A DNA stretch of 64,000 nt from Bigelowiella natans CCMP2755 (GCA_000320545.1 ADNK01003479.1:22938-86937); one strand, 5' to 3'. Counted from the stretch's first letter, positions 12,311-27,800 are shown. A program made the numbers and translations. The notes: generated by a model not told the origin, from the sequence alone.

Positions 12311-13872
12311 GGTAGCCCCTTTGCCAAAGTACTGAGACTGTCTGAAGATGTGCATCCTTGCAACTTCCATTAGCGTCAGATTCTTATCGCAGCACACGCG
12401 TAGATATTGCATATTTATCCTAGCAATCCTTTTTCTGGTGTATTGGTGTAGAAGTACAAAATAGTAGTGGGTGAGTGAGTGGGTAAGCGACTCTCTTCTT
12501 GGAAGTACTACGTGGTTCATACCTACTGCCCTACTACTAACTAAGTGGGATCATCATCATCACCAATGTAATAATAATAGTAATTATAATATAATAATAA
12601 TAATTTTTTTACCGGTGCTGGTTCACTAGAGGGCAGTGAAACGTGTTCTTGCAGCAGATGACGGAAAGGGGTAAGAGGTCAGAAGGAAGTTGTCAGGGTT
12701 GATGATACAGATATAACAAATAATTAGTTGATGACGAGAATGGGAGCAGAAATGGTGTTCATAAAAATCGCAGTTACAACATAATCTATTTGTGGTAACA
12801 AATCATAAAGTAAAAATTTCATGCTTCATCTTCTATTTCCACTTTTTCTTTTCTTCTTCTTCTTCTTCTTCTTCTTCTTCTTCTTCTTCTTTTCCCCACA
12901 TGATCACTTGAGTGCTGATGATATCGACATGAGAAGATGATATCATCCATGGGTTGTTTATTGCTCACGCCTATTAATGATGATGATAGTAATAATAATA
13001 TAATAAGTTGATAAAGATGAAGCGCTGCTGCTGCATTTAAATCAAACAGGACAGTAGTAACAGGATTGAGAAGGAGGAAGAAAAGAAGGTACGTGACGTA
13101 TAACAAGAGGAGATAGATACGACGAGTAGTACCAGTATTACTATTTGAAATAGGATGATGTTAGCAAATGAATACTGATCATACCATCATCTCCTTTGAT
13201 GATACGATATAAATCTTCTTTTTCTGTGTTTTGACTGTCAATTGCATGATAATTTATACATGTGCACTCTTTTGTGTACTGTAGTTGTACTAGTAGTAGT
13301 AGTTGTTGTTGTACACATGATGGCAATGACAAAAGGGGAGGGGGGAGGAGAAAGTGAAGGAGAAAGAGAGGTGGGTAAGTATTTAGGAGGTTGGCTGGCT
13401 GCTCCGGTCTCCTCCACGAAGCAAATTTAAGCATAAAAAATAAAAATAAATAATGTAATGATAATACCAAAGTCAGGATTTGGTGCCCCGTAAATTTGTC
13501 CACATTTGAGGCAAAAGTTTCTTCCCCTCAATCTAATGCAGCAATAAAAAATCAAAGAAAGATAATGAACATAATGAGCATTAGGACGACTACACGCAAA
13601 TCAGTGTTTGTGCTTCATAAATCGCGTAGTAGTAACCCCTTCTTCTTCTTTTTCTACTACTACTACTACTACAACAACAACGACAACTACTACTACTACT
13701 ACTACTACTACTATATGATTATTCTTAATCTTTTGCAAGAACTTCTATTCTCCTCCTCTCCTTCTCTTTTTTCTATTTTTCTCTCTCCCTCTCATTGCTG
13801 CTTTAAACAGTGGTCAGTATAGCTTCTTACAACAGTTGTTCACAGGCGGCTAAATAGCTTATATATAGTGTG

Positions 13873-13910
<38 letters not shown>

Positions 13911-14571
13911 GATATATAATATCGCTGTTCGGTTCTTGAAAACGTTTGTTCTTCCCTCCTCCTCCTCCTCCTTGATGATGATGATCATCAACACTTTCAC
14001 CACTACCACCACCACGACAAGACATCTACTACTACTATCAATAGACCTTTTGTAATTCCAGCCTCCACAGATCTGATGACCATTAAACAAATCATTATCA
14101 TCATCATCATCATCATCGTCGTCGTCGTCGTATAAATATAATATTACATATAAATGTATCAATACTACACAACAAAACACAAAGAAGTAGATGCAAAGGA
14201 AGGTTACGATGACACAAGAGACTGTCGTATTCGTCATTATCATCCTCCACTTATCATTATTATTTCAATATCTTTCACTGTTATAGGATAATCAGCAGGA
14301 AGGGGACACATGTAAACCACACCTGCATCATATCATCATCACCTTCTTCTTCTTCTTCTTCTTCTTCTCATCGACTTATTGCATCAATTAAGTATTTACA
14401 TCATCTTACCTTGCACTTCCATTTCTTAGGAGTATTTCTTTCCCAACGATTCAAATCTCTTATCCATCTCTATGAATAATAATGCGGATGTTCTTAGGTG
14501 TATTTCTTTCCCAACGATTCAAATATCTTATCAATCTCTATGAATAATATGATGATGTTTAATCGAATGTG

Positions 14572-14609
<38 letters not shown>

Positions 14610-14926
14610 TGTGTGTGTTAGTTTGACCTTTAACACCAAAGGATTTTGCTCGATATACTCGGTCATATCAGGTGCTGAATAAAAAAAACAATAATAATAT
14701 AGTAGTAGTAGTAGTAGTAGTAGTAGTAGGGACAATAATAGCCTTATCATCAACATCAAGACGAACAACAACACTCTAACATTCTCTTTCAGGCTATTAC
14801 GTCTGCTTCATTTCAAAGCAATAATACTTTATAATCAGACTACAACTACTACTTCGCATGATCCATTTCATAGCAATATAATAATGATAATGGTGATCAT
14901 ATATCTGCTGTCACATCATTTAGAAA

Positions 14927-14957
<31 letters not shown>

Positions 14958-16676
14958 GAGAAATTAGAATGATAATAATGATAAAGCAGCACAAAAAAGC
15001 ACACATATATTCTGACCGTCGGTTGGCATAGGTGGAAGAGTTCCTTCTTTAAGTATCAATGATTGCTCTCTTCGGACTAATAATTCATTACCATGTAATA
15101 ATAAGATGATAACTATGATGATGATGATGATGATGATGATGATGCTATGATGGATGGATGATGATGACGCAACAACATGTAGTATATACATTATTCTACA
15201 ACAACTATCACGTTCCTACTCCTTTTCCCCCTCTTCCTCCTCCTCCCTTCCACTTAATGGTAGTACAACTACTTGAATGGTTGCAATGGAGCTCTCCCTT
15301 GCTTATTTATAATTCTGTTGGCTAATACTGTTATTACTAGTACTTAGTGATGATTTATTACTAAATGCTGGTTGTCTTAATAAGGATGCATTAAATCTTT
15401 TCCTTCTTGGGACTAATTCTTCAATCGACTTGGAACATTGTGAGAAATATGTATTAGTGTATTGTTGCACAGTAGGATGATGATAATGATGACGATGATG
15501 ATGATGATGATGACGATGATGATGATGATGATGATGATGCAAAGGATATATTATGTGCCATCATCATAATATTAAACATCACACCATCATCATCCTCTCC
15601 ATCATCATGCTATCACTACCTCAGGCCGAAGCTTTCCCCATCGTACCAATTGAACACGTTTCCTCACACACTTTCCGCCTATGTATTTGTTTTATGTGAA
15701 AAAGAAGAAGAAGAAGAAGAAGAAGAAGAAGAAGAAGAAGAAAAATGAGAAGGAGGAGGAGGAGAAGGAGGATGAGGAAGGAAGATACGATAAGCAAGAA
15801 GCGGGATCAAAGTCGTATTCTCTAGAAATAATATCAAACTAGAAATATGATGGCTAATTATTATGGGTTGTTGCTGCAGAAATATATGAAGAGGGTTGGT
15901 TCTCATTAATGTTGTATCAACACGAACTAACTAGGACTTACAATTCAAAGAAGCGTATGTAATAGTAGTGTAAGGGGGGTTGATATGAAGAAATTCAGCA
16001 TTTTTATGACATATGTACATGTAGCAGCGGAAGAAAAATGATCAATTGGAGGTGATCGAATATACTATGTATGTTGTTTAAATACGAACAAGGGCATCGT
16101 CGTGTCGCTGGGAGGTGCCATTTTTTCCTAATATAGTCGTAATCTTGGTTGGTTATGTGTTCTTCTATAAGTAGATTGAAATGATAACACCGTCGAGAAA
16201 CTACAGCAAACTATTACAACAACAACAACAACTAATAATAAACCTCCAGAACAGTTTGTGTTTGGAGGAGGACACGTATCATCATCCACCTGGATTTCAA
16301 ATTTTCGGTAGGCCTTGTTCTTGCGTGCGGCATCTTCTCCTATTATACAAATACATGCATACGCTGAATGAGTAATAAACACATAAGTAAGTAAGGAAAA
16401 AGTAGTGAAATATGAAGGAGGAGGAGGAGGAGGACGACGACGACGAGGAGAGGAAGAATATCTCTAAGAATAGCTGTTTATGATAATATCGAATTATTTA
16501 CCAAATGGCCCTCTATTTGAGATGGAAATAGCTGTTTATTATTATTCCAAAATCATATCGAAGAGGCAACAGCAAAATGAATTATAGCAGCAGAGAATCA
16601 CGATGATCCTCCTGATTAGCGGTGATGGTGGTTCTTCTTACCACACTAAACAACATGGATGAAGAGACTCCAGTGA

Positions 16677-16716
<40 letters not shown>

Positions 16717-17006
16717 GATAAAAGTACCTTCTGCTGCCTTCCCACCCTCACCTCTTCTCGGAATGAGGATGAGTACTTGCGGTTATTCTTGCCACTAAGC
16801 TGCTCTGGTCGCCGTCGTATTGGTTTTGAAGCACCCATCATTGAACCCACATTCACCACAACAATTATCCCTTTGTTGTGTATGGACGAGGTGAACATTA
16901 TCTCTGCAACTGCCGTCAATACTAATGTTAGCAGCAACACAGTCGTCAATGTCCCCCCCCTCCAAGACCTTCCCCACAGATATGATGATGCTTCCATTCT
17001 TGCCAT
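9339..17006 (-). CDS. Large multi-exon gene of unknown function with an N-terminal signal-like hydrophobic segment
   Basis: Exon 1 reads MARMEASSYLWGRSWRGGTLTTVLLLTLVLTAVAEIMF.... A chain of short AG/GT-bounded open exons follows (GEDAARKNKAYRKFEIQ; APDMTEYIEQNPLVLK; GIGPSAPLVYKLRHQPA; GFYREVASFCSSF; VAEKALDAKTLLYMYRQQK; last GEDNYVDNNDRLFA*). Could be two genes. Confidence 0.55.
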
Positions 17007-17621
17007 TGATGTTGTTGTCGCTGCTGCGTCTCTCAACCCTTACTATTCCAAAATGGAGGTTGACGAGTTTATAGAGATTAGATAACATTAACTGCAAGCA
17101 AGAGGTAGTATTAACAATGGCGGTGGTACTTCTGGTTCTTTGCTGAACCTGAGCACCATTGTTTGTTATGAGATATTGATCCGACGACGTCTATGTAAAT
17201 GTATGCCGTTTTATCATAACTTCTTGCTAAATACATTGTCGCATGTATAAAATAGAGAAACATGATAAGAATATTGCCCTTTCCTCTTTACGTCTTGATA
17301 TAATTGTTGTCGCTCATCTCTAAATGGGGATCATCGATGATCTACCACTTTTGATCATTACCCGACCGACGAAGGAGGAGAAGGGGATGATTATTCATCA
17401 TGATGCCATTATTCTGGAAGAGGAGGAAGAGGAGGATGTGTATCAAGATTGCACTTCTTTGCTCCATAATTGTTCTCTTGGATTGTTATCGAAGTGCGAT
17501 GATAAAAACTTTATTTTCATGATACATTCTCGCTGCTTCTGCTGATGCATGCCTTACGTTTGAATGATGATTATCTCAATGAATAATAATAATAATAGAA
17601 ATATATTTTGGTGCTATAATT

Positions 17622-17850
17622 ATGACTGTAGGACGAATGTTGAAAAACCAACAGAGAATGATGATGATAATGATGAAACAACAAGGCTATGGTGATGGTC
17701 ATCATGGTTTTGATGGAGGAGGAGGAGGAGGAGTAGGAGGAGTAGACCACGGTGCTACTTCGACTATAACAACAACAACACAACAGCATCAGGGCACTAC
17801 TACCACTACTGCTACTACTTCTGCAGTCATAGAAGACGACAAGCAATGCG

Positions 17851-17891
<41 letters not shown>

Positions 17892-18648
17892 GCAATGTTG
17901 TTGTCTCCTCACACCTTGAAGACAAAACCAGAAGAAGAATTCAAAAGAACAACAAGCAGCAAATCAGATGACTGGAAACCGTCACAGACGAAACTTAAAC
18001 AACTGACTGCTAACAACGACAAAGATGAAGATGCGATGGAAGAGGAGGAGGAGGAGCATAATCATCACGATGATGATAATAGCTGTGATGATCAAGCTTT
18101 GTGGGTTGACAAGCATAGGTTAATCTTCCTTCAGTAGAAGAAATAGAAGAGGACGAAAAATTATAATAATAAGAATATTATTATGATATTTAGATGATGG
18201 CCATGAAGATATAATATTATATACATATAAATATATATGGATCGAATATTTTTGAACAAATAGAATAACATCAAAGATAAAATGTACTGCTACCTTATTT
18301 TATTCTTCCTCATATTAGTTGTCAGCATGGAACGATGCTGCTGTACTTATTCGATAATTAACAATTTCGGATTACGATGATGAGTGAATCAGATATTACT
18401 TACTATTTATTGGGGATATGGATGAATAATATAATTTATATAAGCACCATCACCACAACCACCACAATACTACTACTATTACTATAACTACTACTACTGA
18501 TACTTACTACTACTACTTACTACTACTTTACATTTTGAATGAGGAAGGCCAAGGAGGAGAGAGGATTTGGTTGGCAACAAGGACACCGTGGGTGATGACG
18601 ACGATGATGATAATCTTAATAAAACCGATAACAATATGTACATCATTC

Positions 18649-18686
<38 letters not shown>

Positions 18687-19374
18687 ATAATATGTTGTAA
18701 CATCATCAGAGAAATTGCGGGAATGGTTGATGGGGTGGGTGGAGCAATATGAATACGATGAACAGCAGGACTATCATCATCGGACTACTAACCATCCTGG
18801 AGGAATCAAGAGAAAAACAACAAAAACAACAACAACAACCACAACTGCTGCTGCTGCTGCTGCTGCTGCTGTAACGACGACGAGGACACATAATAATAAT
18901 ATTGATAATGGACCACGAAGGAGAAAAAGAAACTTCTTCCCTGCTGCTGGCTCAAAATTCAACGCTGTTTTACTTTCGGTAGTATTTATATAATTATCGA
19001 TAATGATTATTATTATAATAATAATAATAATAATAACAATGTGTTACTACTTTCGGTAGTACAATTTATATCATTATCGATAATAATGATAATAATAATA
19101 ATAAAGTAATAATTACGTGTTACTTTCGGTAGTACAATTTATATCATTTATTCCAATGTTTTCTACGTTAGTTATTATTATTCTTTTAATAATATGATAG
19201 ATAATCGATAATAATGTGATGATGAATGACAACAACAACAACAATAACCAATTATGTGATTATAGGGTAGACCTGGCATCGGAAAGACATGTATGGCTCA
19301 TTTAATTCCAAAAGAACTTGGGTAGTGAAATATGTATTATTATCATTATTATTATTATTATTATTATTTCTCCC

Positions 19375-19448
<74 letters not shown>

Positions 19449-20036
19449 TACGCACACATTATATATAATATACATGCACATCCCTGTTCCCAAACTGGTA
19501 CTCCTCATTTGTATTTTGTATATATAGATTCTATTGCTACGAAATCAATGCTTCCGATGAAAGGACAAAGGCAGCATCAATCATCACTCTTCATCGCTAT
19601 AAGAATAATAATAATTAATAATAATAATAATAATAGGCTTTTTCGTCGTCCATATCTGTATTTATTAGTCCTTCTTTTTTTTCTCAATCAATATTGTCAT
19701 CTTTTATCACAGTCATGTCATCAGCACAGTGATGATTGATTATACTGACCTTTTAGGAGAAGCTGAAGAGGTATCTAAGTGAGGCAACACAGACGTCTTC
19801 GATTTCTTCTGATAAGATAGGACGAAAGTACTGCTCTACTACTACAACATCTACAACAACTACTACTACTACTACTACTACTACTACACAGTAGCAGCTA
19901 CCACCACCACCACCATTATAATAACAACAACAATTATTACTACTACTACTATGAATGATAATGATGCTAACGTATAGAATTATTTGCTATCATGCTTCAT
20001 TCTATACTCGGCATGGGTATTAGTCACAAGAACACA

Positions 20037-20102
<66 letters not shown>

Positions 20103-20353
20103 GTTGATTGCTCATATGTGTTTGTTCCTCCTAATATTAGAGAGAAGAAGGTGTGTGTTGTGATAGATGAATTTGATAGAATGCACTTGTGCTTGTCGTA
20201 CACTCTTTATCCAATGTTACATACATAAATAAATACTACTCCTTTAAGATTGGAGAGGAGGTGTGTTCTTATGGATGAAGTTGATGGAATGCACGGCTCT
20301 GAAGCTTCGGGAGGCATGAACTTTTTGATCCAAACGATAAAGGTGTGTAGTAC

Positions 20354-20389
<36 letters not shown>

Positions 20390-20539
20390 TCATCATCATC
20401 ATCATTGACATCATGTACTAAGCAGACACATACGACGACTATGTGAATAACTAACTACTACTAATAATACTACTATACTTTCTTTAGACATCTAAGATTC
20501 CCTTCATATGCACATGCAACGAGAGGGATATGGACAAGG

Positions 20540-20577
<38 letters not shown>

Positions 20578-20826
20578 TTTTCTACTATCCTCTATTACTA
20601 TTAGAGTAGTATATATCAATCTACATATCAACAGTGTTGTGTTATCATATTACATCACAGATCACATCGGTATTATTATTATTATTATTTTCTATTCTCC
20701 TTCCTTAGATTAAAGGATTAGCTCGTGTTTGCTACGACATTCCTTTACGAAACCCACACCAGATACAAATAGCAGCCAGGTGTGTGTAAGTAGTATTTGT
20801 TTCGCACTAGTAGTAGCAGTTGTAGT

Positions 20827-20858
<32 letters not shown>

Positions 20859-21772
20859 AGGCGATTGGTTGTCTATCTGCTTCCATACACTACTTGTTAC
20901 AATTCCATCATCATCAGCATCATCACATTATAAATAGGTAGAAAGTAAGTAGTAGAGGTAGTTAAAAATGAATGATTCATTCATTGGTCTTCCTTCAGAC
21001 CCCCCCCATTTAATTTTCATCATATAATGATTCCTTTTTGTTAATTGATGAGAGTATAGAATAACACCTATATTTCTTCATCAACCAACCAACCAGTCAA
21101 TTAATCAATTAGCACAATCAGCAGTTGAAAACACTACTTATAAGTGCGGCTCATGTATGTAATAGTAAAATGAAATAAATATTGATAATGATATCGATGA
21201 TCGTTTATTTTTGAATCTGCCTCCCCCCCCTCCCTCCCTTCTTTTCTTTTCTCTTTTATGCTGTCAAGGTTACTGGAAATTGCTTCATTAGAAGGCCTCA
21301 GCATTACCAAAGATGTAATACGTAAGCAATGTAGTAGCTACTACTACTAATTCTACTACTACTACTACAAGTCTCTCGTTGGTTACAGTGGTGATGATGC
21401 TAAAACTGTTCCGAGTTACTACCTCTCACTCCCCCCCCCCCCTGCCCCCCTCTCCACTGAAAATAACATGTAACAAGACATAGAGTATGTACTAAATTGA
21501 ATCGTGATATATGTAGGTAGAAATACCTTGCTATTTGAATAATCAATACTACAGCGACTAAGATACATACCTATGCGATTGTATATGTTTGTACTGTTCA
21601 TATATTATTTATTATTGAACTGTTGTGCTTCCTACCCCCCCCCCCCTATTCGCGACTAAGGCTGCTGAAACTCTCGCGGATCGCTCAGGGTATCAATAAA
21701 TACAGATAATCACCATCATCAGCAACAGCGTCATAAATAATGACATCATTCTCTCTCTCTTCCTCCTCCCCC

Positions 21773-21816
<44 letters not shown>

Positions 21817-21980
21817 TTTTCCTTATCATCTCTTTAATTAAAAACACACACACACGCACACACCCCGCACGTATATACATTTACTGTGCTACCTGACGAT
21901 CATACAGATGCGACATTAGAGGCTCTATCAACTACTTGCAAAGCCTTGACGTACATAAACAGTGACTTTCAAAATAAATA

Positions 21981-22021
<41 letters not shown>

Positions 22022-22386
22022 TATACATGTGTGTTTATTTGTTTATGTGTTTATTTGTTTATGTGTTTATGTGTTTATGTGCTTATGTGTGTAGATTAAA
22101 ATTCTTGTCCACAATCATTACTATATTTTCTTTTATCAAGGGTCTGCAAGGACTGTTCATTAATGCGTCATTTATTCACGAATACATGGGGGAAATTGAG
22201 GAGGTACAAAAAAAACTATATTTTATACAGTTGTCGCATAGATGCACATGTATTTATATAATTAAGAAAATTTAGTAGAATGCACAACCAACAATTGTAT
22301 ATGTTTTAGAAAAACTTGTATGTAAACAATATTTAGGTACCTCTTTTTTTGAATTAAATGCAAATACATGTGACTGTCATTCTTTG

Positions 22387-22420
<34 letters not shown>

Positions 22421-23760
22421 CGTAAAAATACACATGTACGTTTATACATAAATATCATGCGTAACTTTTGTGTATTTGCATGTGTGTTTTAAATTGTGCA
22501 TGATCTGGTACAATAGTTCGCCAAATTGAAAATATGTGGACAAAATAATGTACACATGTGCATATATAACTACATTTATGTAAAATATTTGTTGTATTCG
22601 GGCAATAATTATCTTTCAGGATACACTCGTGCAATTAAACAAGTACGATGCCTTAGATAGGATATTTCTTGGAGAAAAATCCAATCTTACGTGGGAAAAG
22701 AGGTTATGTGACAGTAATCCGTAAAGTAAATATAATACCTTCTCCCTTGTGGTAACATAGGGGAAATGATGATATTAAGTATTATATTACCCGGTTGATA
22801 ATTACAGAATGAGTGTTCGTTCTCAGATCTAAATTGGTAGAATTTAATTGGGAGGATCTCGCAGATTTGGCGATTGAAAACTATGAGAAGGTGCATATAG
22901 CACTATCAATTGTGCGTTACGTTGGTTTTCATTTTTTGTATTAATTATGTAAAATTGTCATCGCCAGGCTATAAACGAGGATGAAAGCCGAAATTCCTCC
23001 GAAAAGTCGTAGTAGTAGTAGTAATAGTAGTAGTTAGTAGCTACATGCAGTTATAATTTGAGAGTATTTAAATGGTTGGTGTTATTCCTAGTTGTAGCAG
23101 CTAATAAAACTAGTTGCATTGATGTTGATTTATGCAGGAGATCTGCAAAAATTCGTTGTGAGAATTTTGCAAAGGAGATTCTTATTTACAAGGTAAATTA
23201 CTCAAGTCATTAAAATCGTCATCTAATTAATCATGCCAAAATTTATATCATCGAACTTATTTTTTTGCAAGTGTCCATCATTCTTTGATTTACAACCTTC
23301 CTAAAACTTCCACTTATTTATATTTTGGTCAAAATTTAAAATTACTGTTTTCAGGAGGCAGTTTATCATCCATCCTATGAATTGGAACCTTTCCATGGTC
23401 GTAAGTTATTTGAAATACCAGTAGTAATATAAGAGAGGCAGGGGGTATGCAATAACGTAGTGAGTATGTAAACAACGACAACAAAGTATAACTGATTGTG
23501 ATTTGATGTATTATATCCAGTTTCAATCACTACCTTATTTTTTATCATATGTAGGTCAATATCCACACGTTTTGAATAGGCCCCTTTCCAGCGAAAGAGA
23601 TTACAGGTATCTGGCCTGGCGTGATAACAATTCAATAAATCTTATTGTTCTTCCTTGTAATATTTTTGTCGATTTCTCTGTATCTTACATCCTTTTCAAG
23701 TTATGTAGCTCACATCTGCAGATTAGTTGTCGCTCTTGGAGCTGTTGTAGGTACATTGCA

Positions 23761-23806
<46 letters not shown>

Positions 23807-23856
23807 CAAATTATGTGCCATTATTATGTATATTAGCACGTTTGCATTGTAAAGTA

Positions 23857-23930
<74 letters not shown>

Positions 23931-25162
23931 TGTGCTTACCTGTGCCTGTAGATGTAATATTCATATCTTTTGTTTCCCGAATGTGTTATTTTGGAATCAG
24001 CTGCGCCCGTTAAGTTTGCAAGCAAACCAAAGTTGCCAATTATTGTTACTGGAATCCAAAGGTTGTATATACCTGCACTGATTATTGTGTTGGGGAAGAA
24101 ATATTTCCATTTGAAGATTCTTTCTATTTCTATAGCGAATTCTGGGCGTTACATATTGTTGCTTGGGATATTTAATTGCATAATGAACATTTTTTACAGA
24201 GCCCAAATGATCCTTAATATTGGCATCCTTATCACCATTATTATCTTTCTTGATCATAATTACATGAATTTTCTCCATTGTATTTATGAGCAGAAAACAC
24301 GCAATGCTGATGGAATTGAATGAAAGGTTATTGCAATAATGTCTGATTCAAATTATCCTCAGTCGCTTCTTGTAACATCGTTGGATTTTATATCAATAAA
24401 TATTAAAGTGAATATATAAGTGAGATAGCTCATCGGATAATTAAATAGAATAATTTAAGAGTAGTAACATCGTTTTTGACAACCAGTAGATATTCATCTA
24501 TTATAAAAATACGCATTACCCGTTATCCATACTCACTTTAGTCAATCATTAGATTATCTCCTTCTCGATTTTTGACAAGGAACATGCTGCAAGGTGCTGA
24601 TCCTTGCATTATAAATACTATAAATGCATGTGGCACTCACCTTCGCATTTACACTGTAATTTTTGTTGATACATTAAATTTTACTTATTTTAGATCACAA
24701 AATGTACAATTTTATCGGAAACCACAAATTGGCTTACCCATATGAATTATTACATTATCAGAAAATCATGGCAACAGCTCTTCAAATATCATTGACGATA
24801 TCATTGACTACTGCAATCCTACAGATGTAAATCTATCGCTTTAACTGCATCGTATATAGTACATATTGTCTTCGAAGAACAGATGAAGTAATTCTAAATT
24901 GAAATCTTTATAGAATAAACGTAAGAGGTATTTTACAAGAGAGAATTAGGATGGACTAGGAAATTTGCACAATCCCGCTTCATTTCCTTATTGGATTTAC
25001 TGTATCCTTGATTAATAGCCCTTACACTTCTTTATGCATTTATAAATCACAAATACACAAACTAAATAGGATATCGAATATTTGCATCTGGTTTTACTCC
25101 CAAAGTGAGTGAAAGTTGTCTCACTTAATCATCAAAGGACAGAAATTAGGGATGAAAATAAG

Positions 25163-25204
<42 letters not shown>

Positions 25205-25443
25205 TCGGATAAGCTCCTGTAACTTTTTAAATATATTTAGATTACGCGACCGGCTACTGGAACCGCTTTTAATGGAAGAACCTGATGGTGCTAAAAAGGT
25301 GGGGACAATTAGTGGCCATTTATCTTAGATCTGTTATTTGTATTATAACTTAAGAACTTAGGAGAATTTTGCACAACTGAGTGCACTTAATATGCAATAT
25401 TGTAGCTGCATGCACCCACATGATGCATTCCTGTACATCCGTG

Positions 25444-25487
<44 letters not shown>

Positions 25488-25627
25488 CATTTGACAACGT
25501 TCTACCTAAATCAGGTGGCGGCAGAGCTTTGGAATCTCAATCTGGAACCTAGACATCTCTGGGTGATTACTTCATAATAGGAATCAATTGATTATCGTAA
25601 AATTCCTTGCGATTTCGTTCTTTTTAA

Positions 25628-25676
<49 letters not shown>

Positions 25677-26694
25677 TCTGTGCGAAATGCACTGCGTATT
25701 GTTTTAGGTACACATGAAGCTACTGCAACTGAGAGTGCAAGATCTACCAACAAATGAAGAGTATGGTTGATTAGTAAAAGAAAGATGAAGCTTAAATCTG
25801 ATTTTGTTTTACTTCCAAAAAATGTGGATATAAAATATTAATATGTAAAAGGCATATGATTTTAATATTATGGCCGAAATAGTATTACCTGCTTAGAATT
25901 ATCAGTAAAATTCTCAGAAATAAGTATTGTGTTCTGTTTTTTCCTATTCAACGATTAGATTTATAGAAGTAAATGGAGATAATCATGCATCTCAAATTGA
26001 AAGTGTGCTGGAGTCATTTAAAAAAATGCACCCAGACGAGGATTTGTACGATTTAGTTACTAACGAGGTAATCGAATGAACAATACACATATGTGGCTCT
26101 TCAATCCAATTGTTTTGTATTGACACAAGTAGATTAGACATTAATTCAGGAAATTCTGGTCAACTTGTTAAACATTATATCTACTACATGGTTGCAGATG
26201 AAAGCAAAGCTGATCTATGAGTATAAGTCCCTGAAAGCTGGATATTGCAAAACAAAAGACCCAAGCATTTTTGAGAATGATGGGATAAAGAACAAGGCAA
26301 TGCTGTTGATATTGGGGATTTATAAAAAAACATACATACAAACATATTATATTAAATATATGTATGTATTTACGCACATATATGTGTAAATTGATGATTC
26401 GCATAAGTTGTACTATTTTGCGCGAAACTCACAGTCTTTCTTGACGATTTGTCTGTTTATCTTTTTCATTGTGATGAATAATGATAGGTAATATATTTAC
26501 GCAAAAACAATGGGTCAGTCAAAGGCCAATTGAAAAATGACTTGACATGCGAATCTCCTCGGAAAACAAGAAAAAGCGGGGGGAAGCGTGAAGAAATGAA
26601 AAATGCCATGAATGATCTGAAAAAAATGACAGCTGAAGATGTGATTGTTGAGGACTACAACAACGATGAAGGAATAGTCACGAGTGATGGTTGA
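17622..26694 (+). CDS. RFC1: Replication factor C large subunit-like AAA+ clamp loader (RFC1-like), multi-exon
   Basis: LWVDKHR/PRRREDLVGN (RFC box II), AVLLS/GRPGIGKT (Walker A), YEINASDER, LMDEVDGM...GG (Walker B), TSKIPFICTCN, and C-terminal LRDRLLEPLL...DGAKKV and MKAKLIYEYK resembling the RFC1 C-terminal domain. 5' end uncertain. Confidence 0.8.
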
Positions 26695-26759
26695 TGCTGC
26701 ACGTTGCTTAGCACTACACAGTGATGCCACCTAATTTGAAGAGCATCAATTGAGAGGGA

Positions 26760-27800
26760 GACACCTCTGCATTTGACACAACGAAGTACAACTCACAATC
26801 CAGCATGTGTGTTGAATGCATACCGTGCACATGCACAGCGCCGCAGAGGTAGTGCATTCATTCCACAGCTCCGTCAAACCCTGCAACGACGGGGTTGTGA
26901 ACGCTTTGAAGCAGCAGGCAGTTGCAGTTGGTCAAAGAAAAGTCATCAGAACTTGTCCGATGGCCAAACCTCAAAAATGACCGAAATGTTGACCAAAATG
27001 TCCACTTTCAAGGCTCAGTGATGAGCGCGCAAAGTGTGAAAATTCACACCCGTTGTGCAGAGGATGCACGCTGCGCGTTTGTTCTTTGCCACATTTTGAA
27101 TGCTTTTGCGCGTGTGTTTGACCAATCTTCACATGCACGAAAAATTTCAAAGAAATGCGAGCAGATCCAATGTTCATTGCATCACGCAACGCGCTTGGTC
27201 GCGCGCAAAAGCTTCCAAATGCACATTCTGAAATTTGTCACAGGTTTGACGGAGCTGTGATCATTCCGAATCGAACAAGTCGACGAGCACACAAACTTTG
27301 GCACACAACAGCTAGCTAGTAGAATGACAGCTGTCGAATTTCTTTGCCACGATCAATGATGCATGCCACATGAGTGGAGCTTCATGCGCACGTTCAAATG
27401 AAACGCGGGTTTTCTGTGAAACAAGTCGTTTCGTCTGAAACAACGTGCAGTCAGCAACAGCGCTCTTCAGACTCATGCATGACGACCACACGCGCAGCAA
27501 ATGTGTGCGAACAATGAGCCATGTCATCTGCTCAACAAACGAATGTGTTGTTTAGTAATTGATCTCGCTGCATGTGGAGGCAACATCACCCAAATGGCTC
27601 GTGTGTGCGTATGCGATGCAGCAACATTCTATCAATCTGACATGCATTTATAAGCAAACGAGGTATTTCTTTTGGTACATGTACGACGGGTGTTGTTATG
27701 CAACACATACAATCAAAACATGCGTAAATACTGATTACACATCCCACCAGATTGATGATAAGGGCCACTACATCGACAATCAACAAGAAATAATCTATCT
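26760..27800. other. TpA-depleted intergenic island, MITE-like sequence
   Basis: Only 3 TA in 26852-27552, all in cagctagctagtag at 27309-27322. Confidence 0.9.

Noticed and set aside
16190-16340. Similarity of AYRKFEIQVDD to ribosomal protein eS1
   Set aside because: Only a few residues match, and the neighbouring exons show no eS1 motifs.
26291-26302. GC-AG intron donor (AAG|GCAATG) in the RFC1-like gene
   Set aside because: Plausible by phase but unverifiable, and GC donors are a common minor class.
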